DNA of 64,000 bases, taken from Blastocystis sp. Blastoise. Lineage: Eukaryota; Protista; Bigyra: Opalinata. Where the stretch lies: positions 1 to 64,000 of the forward strand of contig JBBPEB010000029.1 of the NCBI GenBank assembly GCA_039096225.1, in the 5' to 3' direction. The notes below the pieces were generated by a model that searched no databases, was not told where the DNA came from, and saw only the letters and a program-made list of their open reading frames with translations. Shown one piece after another: positions 55,401 through 64,000 of the stretch (positions are counted from its first letter, which is position 1; each line of letters opens with the position of its first letter). A program made the position numbers and the translations under genes.

Positions 55401-57254
55401 CGAGAAAGTAAAGAATTCTATGATATAGCTATAGAAGAGAAGGAGAAGAAGATAGAATCCTTAAATAAAGATTTAGAAGATGAATATAAGCGTGAAGAGA
55501 GTCTTAAGAAACAAATAGAAGAGAATATGAAATGTATAGAAACATATAAGAAGGAATCTATGAATATAACTGATATGAAGAATGAAATAGAAGATAAATC
55601 ATTATTGTTAGAGCAATTAAATAAAGATATGAATATACTGAAATGTTCTTTAGAAGAAAAGAATAAAGAATGTGATCAATATATAAATGATATTAATGAA
55701 TATAAGAATATGATAGATACTAAGGATATAGAGCTTTCGAAATATGAAGATATAGTGAATAAAGAGAAGAATAAGAAACAAGAATATAAATCAACAATTC
55801 AACAGTTGAAGAATCAAATAGAGCAAATGAATATACAGATAAATCAATTAAGAAAAGAAGAAGAAGAACTAGAAAATGAAAAGAATAGTTTATCAAATAA
55901 TTTAGAAGAGAAAGAACTTGAGATTCGTAGTAAACAGAAAGAAAATGATCAATTTCAAAGATTATTTGAAGATAAAAAAGAAGAATATTCTGAAATGTGT
56001 TTGAAATTATCTGAAAGTGAGCAGAAGATTCATGATTTCGAAGATTTATTAAAAGATAAGGAAGAAGAGAAGAAGGAAATGATAAAGAATAAAGAAAAAT
56101 ATGAAATTTCATTATTAGAAATAAAGAATCAGTTAGAACATAGTAAAATGAATATAGATTCTTTCTCACAAATCATGAATAAAGATGATTTAATAGATAA
56201 TAATAATAATAATGAGATTAGTATATATAAGAATAAAATAGATCAATATAAGAATGAGAACGAGGAATATCAACAAAGAATATATAGATATGAACAAATA
56301 ATAAAAGAAAATCAATTAGAACTTGAATGTTATGTGAAAAAGATAGATGTATATAAGAAACAGATAATTGAATTGACCCAAGAAAGAAATAAAAATAGAG
56401 TTAATATAGAGAAATTACATTATACAACTCAATTATATGAAAATAAATTATCCTTTTATGAAAATGAAATTAAGGAATATAAGCAATCGATTCATAGTTT
56501 ATATGAAGATAAATTGAATTTACAAAGTAAAATAAATGAATATAAACAAGATATATATAAGAAAACATCTATAATTGAAGAGAATTCAAAGAAGTATATA
56601 GATACTCAAAATGATTTAAAGAAATATAAAGATCAAATACATGTATTAGAAGATCAAGTTATTTCTATGCAATCAAGTGATATTGTTGATAAGAATAATA
56701 ATAATGATGTTGATAATAATAATAATGATGTTGATAATAATGTTGATAATAATGTTGATATTGTTGATATTGTTGATAATAATAATAATAATAATAATAA
56801 TAATTTGGATTCAACTTCTGTGAATTCTATTATTCGTTTATTGAATAATGAATTAAATGATATTCAAATGAAATATAGTGCTTTACAACAATCTTATGAT
56901 CAATTATTAACTGCAAAGAATACTATAGAAGCCGATAATGACGTATTAAGTGAACAAGTGAATCAATTAGAAGTTGAAAAAGAAACAATTGAAAAAGAAT
57001 ATGAAGATCATAAACAATCTCTTCGTAATTATTATACTGAATTACAATCACTTCAAGACTCTTTAAAAAATAATATGAAAGATAATACAACTTCTCTTTC
57101 TCAATCTATACATACTCTACAAACACAAAATAAAGTATTAACAAATTTATTACCAGATCTTCAAGATGTAATTACTCGACCTTTTAATTATGATGAATCC
57201 ATGAAGAAAATTAATCAATTAAATAAACAATTTGAATGTATCACAAAGAATTAA
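44779..57254 (+). CDS. Giant (~4000 aa) coiled-coil protein with a small globular N-terminus and Asn/Asp-rich inserts
   Basis: Five short 5' exons are spliced to one 11.6-kb terminal exon (45683-57254). E/K/Q-rich heptad pattern throughout. The N-terminus may be Hook/CH-like (weak). Confidence 0.85.
51770..52000 (+). repeat. Coding 42-nt tandem repeat (YEENINKYKK[Q/E][L/I]DN; two heptads)
   Basis: About five copies, alternating QL and EI variants. Confidence 0.9.
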
Positions 57255-57801
57255 TGGTATTTTTATATTATAATAATTTTTAAAAGTATTCATTATATAT
57301 TATACATTTAACTTTTTTTTCCTTTTCTATTTTTTTCTAATTTTTAAATCTTATTTTAAATTTTGTTTGAGCAATGAAACAAAATAAATATATGTTATAA
57401 TTATTGTTTTGTCAGTTTTAAACTTGGATTAACAAGAATCGTCAATAATGATTGAGTTCTTCACATTATTTCTATTCTCAACAATACTACATAAGTTTTT
57501 AAACATTATTCAAGACCTGATTAACTGTAATCATAAAAATGTATATACTGGATGACACAATCTTTGTTATTTTACAATAATATATTATATTTAAGAAAAA
57601 ACTCAAGATCAAATACATACAGCACTGTATTATATTTTGATTATTAGTTGAAAATCGAATAAAAATTGAATAAAATAATTAAAAAATAATAATTGATTAA
57701 TTTATTTTTAAAGCTATAAAGGCTTGAATAATCATAATTCTTTTAAAAATAATATATTTTGCTTGTAGTCCTTGTAGAGTATAGAGTCTCTTAATATAAC
57801 A

Positions 57802-58825
57802 ATGGATTTGAAAGAAGAAGCCAATAGGTATTTCGTTTATATTCGAATAATATAATGTTTATATAGAATTAAACAGCAAGGTAATGAGTTTTTCAAACAA
57901 AAAAAATATTTGGATGCTATTCAATACTATACAAAAAGTTTAGATCTGGATAAGAATTCAGCTGTGTAAATATTACCTTTTCATTGATTTATTAATAATA
58001 ATTGTTTTTTTCTTCATTAGATTTTAATATGAATCTTCTTTTTATTTATTTATAGATACTCCAATCGAGCTCTCTGTTATATAAAGAATGAGGAATATGA
58101 GAATGCAGAGAATGATTGTATTTTGTCTCTTCAAATTGATAATACGTTTGCGAAATCGTGGCTTCGATTAGCTATATGTAAGATGCATGATGAAAAATAT
58201 AAAGAGGCCTATGTTTACTTATTAAAATGTGAACTGTATGTTCAGAATACTCCGGATGTGAAGAACCGAAAACAAGAATGTAAAATGTATATATAGAGAT
58301 TTTTATTGAATATGTTTTCTTTATAATTTAGTGAATAATATAATATATATTATGTATAATATATATAATATATATAATATATATATAGGATGGATACAAC
58401 TTGTGCAACATTAACGTTAGAAAGTTATATTAAAGAAAAGAGGAATTCTATCGATCATTTAAAACAATTAAGTATATATATATTTATTAAATATTATATT
58501 TACTCTGTATATATAGGACAATATGAAGAATGTATTCAAGAATGTGAACGTTTATTAGTATTAATAACAGATTCAAATCAAAGAAATCAATTAAATAATT
58601 TCATTAAAGAAGTTACTTTATTAAAGAATAATAATAAAAAGGATGAAACTATATCAGAAATTGTTCAAGAACCTAAAATAAAGACGAATGTATTTATTAT
58701 TTATTTTCGGTTTTAACTAGTTATTTATTTATAATATATCTTATGTATAGAAAATAAATAAACAGAATAATGAAAGAATTGAAAAAGCATTACAATTATT
58801 ATTAGACAAAAAGAAACAACAAGTT

Positions 58826-58899
<74 letters not shown>

Positions 58900-59484
58900 G
58901 TAATAATAAATATCTATATAGCCTCTTCCCTGTGTTCCTAATAAATTATTTAAATTATCGATGGATATACAGAGCTTAGAGACTGATTCTGAAAGATTAT
59001 TTGAATATCTATATGTATATTGATAATAAAGAATACTATATATTTATATATATATATAATTTACATTTTAATAATTATGATAAAAGAGAGTTATTATACT
59101 ATATAATGTTTATCTATATTCTATTCCACGTAATGTATATGTTCAATTATTTACAAATAACAACGATACTGAAGCTTTTTCTATGCTTATTAAAGCATTC
59201 TATTCAATTCATAAACATGAAAATAGTCTGTTTTTTATTGATGTTCTTGTAGATATAACAAAATCTAATAATATTCAATTTATGATCACTATGACACAAT
59301 CCTCCGTCATGAACAGTATTTTACAATTATCCTTATTTATTTTTCATGTTATATATATAAATATTTTTTAAATATCTTTATTTCTTTAGAATTAAAAGAA
59401 TCTATTATTGATATTTCTAAATCAAATACTATTCCAGAAGAAAAACTAAAAATAATAACTCAATTCTATAAAATAAAGCTATAA
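57802..59484 (+). CDS. RPAP3: TPR co-chaperone, RPAP3/SPAG1-like, with RPAP3_C domain
   Basis: KQQGNEFFKQKKYLDAIQYYTKSL, YSNRALCYIK..AENDC (carboxylate-clamp TPRs). The C-terminal PxVPN..FEYLY..YVQLF..F..LIKAF..ITKSNNIQFM is RPAP3_C-like. Nine exons. Confidence 0.75.
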
Positions 59485-60012
59485 GTTCTATAAATCATTC
59501 ATTTTTTCAAAATGATCAGTTATTTTATCACAAAATAATTAATTCTTGCTGTCTATCTTCTATATGGAAGAGAATTCTCAATTAAAAAACATTTCTTTTA
59601 CTATTTAACTCCTAATGAATACCTTTTATGGAATATATTATAAATAACAATACATACATTATTGTGTTTTCTTATCATTAATTTACTTGATAATTATGGA
59701 ATTCTTTTTGTTTCTAAAAGAAGTTCCTACGATTTTTCTATGATGATGACCAATAAGAATTCTATAATTTATTAAAAAATTCGTGGGAAATCCCAAATGT
59801 CTCTGGACTTTTTCGACTGTTTCAGAAAACTAAAGAAAAACCAAGGGATTTATCTTAGTAATAAAACTCTGTACTTCTTAAAGACCGTTTATATCATTGA
59901 AACGAAAAATAGCCCTATTTATTAGTTCTTTAATATAATATACCGTATATTTTGAAGAAAGAATTTAATGAGTATGATATAATCTATGCTATCTATGTGT
60001 TATTATATAGAA

Positions 60013-60916
60013 ATGACAAACGATGAAGTTTATTTTTATATTATTCAATGTCTTTCTGGATTAGCATCAATTATTAGTGGATTCTCAGCTATCTTGGCTA
60101 TTGTAGAAGAAAAATTAAATGTATATTGTCTTTCAGTTTTTAAAATCATGGCTCTTTTTTTAGATTATTCAGCTAATTTGTTGTGTATTGAACTTCTGTA
60201 TATCTTCTTCCATTCTTCTAAGTATTGTTGTTCCAGATCTAATCTCTCGCTATTGTGTATTTTTTTTATATATATATGATTTTCGTAATAATTATTTATT
60301 TTTATTTATCTATAGGGTTTCTTAAGACAATGGGTATATCGTGGAATTCTGGAATTTGCGTATATTTCTTATAGTTATACTTTTTATCTTTTTTTAAATT
60401 TCTTTTTTCTTATTAATATAGATGTGGAAGTATTATGTATATTCTTTCATGTGAAATTCCATTTCATTTGTCACTAAGTACTTTTCTATTTACTTATTTT
60501 TCTTTATTCTTAACTATACTTGGAATTACAAATATCATTCTGGTATATATATTATTGTAATTGTATTATTTATTTGTTTTTAATATTATATATATTATTC
60601 TTTATTTTATTCTTATGCATATATATATATATATTTATTTATTAATTTATATATAGGGAATTATATTTAGAAAACGAATTCAATTCTTTTATACTATTTC
60701 TAGAAGTGTATACACTTATTATATATATATAGTTTTACTTTCTTATACAATAATAATTTATTTATAATAGAACTATTTCTTCTTCTCTACTTTTATATAT
60801 TATGAATAATAATTATCTATATATAGCCATCGACTACTATGATATTTTCTAATCTTTATTATAAAGAAGCTCAGTTATTATTAAGTTCTACAAATGATAT
60901 TATCGACAGACTCTAA
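60013..60916 (+). CDS. Multi-pass membrane protein, COPI-associated/Tvp15-like
   Basis: Five exons with hydrophobic helices and an FLRQWVYRGILEF motif (FLxxWxxRG). The start codon is uncertain. Confidence 0.55.
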
Positions 60917-60947
60917 GGATTTTTATTATCTTTTATTCTTTATGTAT

Positions 60948-61095
60948 TCTATTCTATTTTTATAATAATTATATTCTATTTTTTATAATAATTATATTCT
61001 ATTTTTTATAATAATTATATTCTATTTTTTATAATAATTATATTCTTATTTTATAATAATTATATTCTATTTTTATAATAATATTCTATTTTTTT
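60948..61095 (+). repeat. AT-rich ~23-nt minisatellite in the 3' flank
   Basis: attctattttttataataattat repeated about six times. Confidence 0.8.
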
Positions 61096-61285
61096 ATATT
61101 TATATATATTATATTTCTTTCATAAATATTTATTATTTATATTATTCTTATTATATTTCTATGTATACTACATTTTGTGTTGATATAAAATCTTTAGATT
61201 ATTTTGATTTTATTCTATATATATATATTTATATATATTAGTGGATCATATTTTCTTTTTGTAACTAGTTAATTTTTTATGATTC

Positions 61286-61346
<61 letters not shown>

Positions 61347-62265
61347 CGAAATTAGGATATATTTTATTTCTTTTTTATATATCGTTACTATTTAAACCAA
61401 TATTTAATTTACTTTTTTTTTTCATCATAAGATATATATATATACATATATATATAGTATTTATTTATAGTTTTTTTTTTATATGTAACTTCTCTTATGA
61501 ATATACATATATATATTTATGTAAATACATTTTTCCTGTCTTGTCTTTTTTTAATTTTTTTCTTGATTTTTTACAGATGAAATATCTATATACTTTTTTT
61601 TCATTATATATATTGTATTCTTTATAGAATATTCTTTATATAATAAATAATATACCTTTTTTCTCTTTTTTTTAATATTCTCAAATATCATATTATACTT
61701 ATATATATATACATATTTTAAGATTTCTATTTTAATTTTATACATAAGAATCTCTTTCTATTTAGTATTGCTTTTTTTCTATTATTTTCATCTATCTTAA
61801 TTCTCATTTATCATTTTAATGCCTTTTTTAAAACTCGGTTTCTATTCAATCTTATTCTATTACTCTTATGAATTATAGTATTTCTCTCTAATAAGAATAA
61901 TATGACACAACTATTTCATTTTTTTTTGTCATTTGTTTTTGTTATCAATTCTATACACTCTTATTATTAATTTATTAATAGTAACATCTTTTTATGTTTA
62001 TTTCTATTCATAAACATCCACAATTCTAGGAATTATCGTTTTTTTAAAACTAAAATCTCACTAATTAAGTGGCATTCGCAATCCATATCTCTCGTCAAGC
62101 TCTATCATTCATTCGAAATCATTTTCAATGCATATCTTATCATAGAAATCTTATTCTATCAATTCCATCATCATTTTCTTCTTTTCATAAATACTTTCTT
62201 GATATACAAACAAACTTTCATCAGTTTTCTTTTTGATTCATTTTTTTTTTTTAATTTTATTCTTC

Positions 62266-62286
62266 TAGGGTAGGCTCCCTACCCTA
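62266..62286. promoter_or_regulatory. Inverted telomere-like repeat upstream of SUMO
   Basis: TAGGGTAGG-CTC-CCTACCCTA is a perfect 9-bp inverted repeat ~210 nt upstream of the SUMO ATG. Confidence 0.5.
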
Positions 62287-62495
62287 AACAGAAAAAAATA
62301 GATCGTGTCTCAAAAAGACATTTTCCATAGTATATTTCGACTATTTTTGTTTTTGTACTAATAAAACCTAGTTTTTCATGATTAACTAGAAAATTTTCAT
62401 TATTCGAGAATCGGCTTTCTTTTTTGGAGGCTTTATAATAAAAAAAACAAAAAGAATTTTTTTTTGTAAATAAGTAATATTTAAATAAATCTAAT

Positions 62496-62956
62496 ATGTC
62501 TACTGAAGAAACTGAAACACCTGTAGCTAAGGAAGAAAAGAAGGAAGTTCCTACTGAAGAAAACACCATTATTATCAACGTTCGTGATGGAGTATGTTTT
62601 TTAATATGTGCTATTTCTTCTTAATCTTATTATTAATCTATTAAACTCATCTTTTATTTAGGAAGGTAGCAATACTTCTTTTAAAGTAAGAAAGAACACT
62701 AAGATGCGAAAGATTTTTAAGGCTTATTCCCAAAAACTTGGAAAGGATATCACCAATATACGTTTCATGTTTGATGGTAATCCAGTTGGTGATGATGAAA
62801 CTCCCTTATCTGTATATATATATATATATATAAATATATTTTTTATCCATTTTTTAATATTTAAAACAATATATATATATATATATTTATATATAGCTTG
62901 GTATGGAAGAGGATGATCAAATTGATGCTGAACTTGAACAAGTTGGTGGTTTCTAA
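62496..62956 (+). CDS. SMT3: Small ubiquitin-like modifier (SUMO)
   Basis: Three exons. FKVRKNTKMRKIFKAY, IRFMFDG, DETPLSLGMEEDDQIDAELEQVGG-F. Confidence 0.97.
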
Positions 62957-63215
62957 ATGAATTTTTCATGATTTCTTTTTTTTTGTTTTATACATTTTAT
63001 ATATCTTTTATATTTCTCCAAAAATATTTTGTTTTGTTAATTAATTATCTATGTACATTATATTTAAAACAAAATACATTATGGATGAATAAATATATTT
63101 ATAAATACGAATAGTAGAAAACATAATAGAAAAAATATATAGAAATCATTTTTTATTGCCAAAAAAAAAAAGTAATCATAAAAAAACAATATATAAAATC
63201 GTATTATAAGTGTAT

Positions 63216-64000
63216 TTATAAGGTAGCAAAGATTTCTTCAGCTTTCTTAATAGCTTCCTCAATGTGTTTAATATCTTTACCCTAAATATATGTAATGATA
63301 TAATAGTTTTATATTTATAATAAATATAATAATAATAAATAAAATAAATAAAATAATAATAAATAAATATAAATATAATAATAATAAAAATATAATAATA
63401 TCTAAAAGTATACTTGTCCTTGAGCGAGATTGGCTTTGCCGCCACCTTTACCGCCACAGAGAACAGCTACAGGCTTAAGCCATTCAACAGCACTGAATCC
63501 CTTGTCATTAGCAGATTTACTACAAGTTACATAGAAACCAACTTTATTTTCTTCTTCATCAATACTATATAATAAACAGCAAGCTTCAGGAACTAATTCA
63601 CGAATCTTTGTCATTAATTTATTAGCAGTAGTACCATCAGTACCAATATCTACACGAATAATACCTCCTTTAGCATTATCTTTTATGTACTCCGCACAAA
63701 CACCTTCAACTTTAGTCATAGCAACTTCAGCTTTAGCTAACATAGCAGCCTTCTTTTCAGCTACCATTTTCTTTTCAAGAACTTTAAGTTCTTCTCTTAA
63801 TTTATTCTTAAGAGATAAAGAGATAACAGCAGTAGCTAAATCTTGTTGAAGACCAACAACACATTTAGCAAGATCTTTTCCACTAGCAGCTCTAGCTTCA
63901 GAGAATTTAGCTTCAATTTCTTTACCTAATTGAATAGCTTCATAAGCTTTATCATGAGTAACACAAGTAACACGACGAATACCCTTAGCTATACTACCTT
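63216..64000 (-). CDS. ALA1: Alanyl-tRNA synthetase, 3' part (gene continues beyond the window)
   Basis: IAKGIRRVTCVT (tRNA_SAD end), C-Ala SAVEW..CGGKGGGKANLAQGQ|GKD. Last intron ~63282-63413. Confidence 0.93.

Noticed and set aside
683-64000. Polyadenylation-created stop codons or a reassigned genetic code
   Set aside because: Every reconstructed gene ends at a genome-encoded TAA/TAG, and apparent internal stops fall inside GT-AG introns.

Overview
Extremely AT-rich (roughly 20% GC by eye), gene-dense, intron-rich eukaryotic DNA that probably starts at a chromosome end, since degenerate CCCTAA telomere-like repeats occupy the first ~200 nt. Gene content (He_PIG/HRM-repeat surface protein, class II aldolase, plant/fungal-type complex I subunit) fits a Blastocystis/opalinate-like stramenopile; this assignment is inference. 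I reconstructed 18 protein-coding genes by hand, 17 of them spliced through GT-AG introns, in the standard genetic code and all with genome-encoded stops. They are a subtelomeric adhesin-like giant, an aftiphilin-like W-acidic protein, a Myb-like protein, a HAD-like protein, a hypothetical protein, FBA II, a Lines homolog, TRM61, ADIP/SSX2IP, Nup54, an ankyrin protein, NDUFC1/NUUM, CENP-X, a ~4000-aa coiled-coil, an RPAP3-like protein, a COPI-associated membrane protein, SUMO and the 3' end of AlaRS. Highlights not visible in the ORF track: (1) an intergenic U13/snR45-type C/D snoRNA with two guides complementary to the 18S rRNA 3' end; (2) a GC-only palindrome CCCGCGGG recurring inside exons in the same codon phase; (3) introns whose ends are (TA)n tracts rather than polypyrimidine tracts, often filled with private minisatellites; (4) a possible GT-AT intron and a 5-nt microexon.
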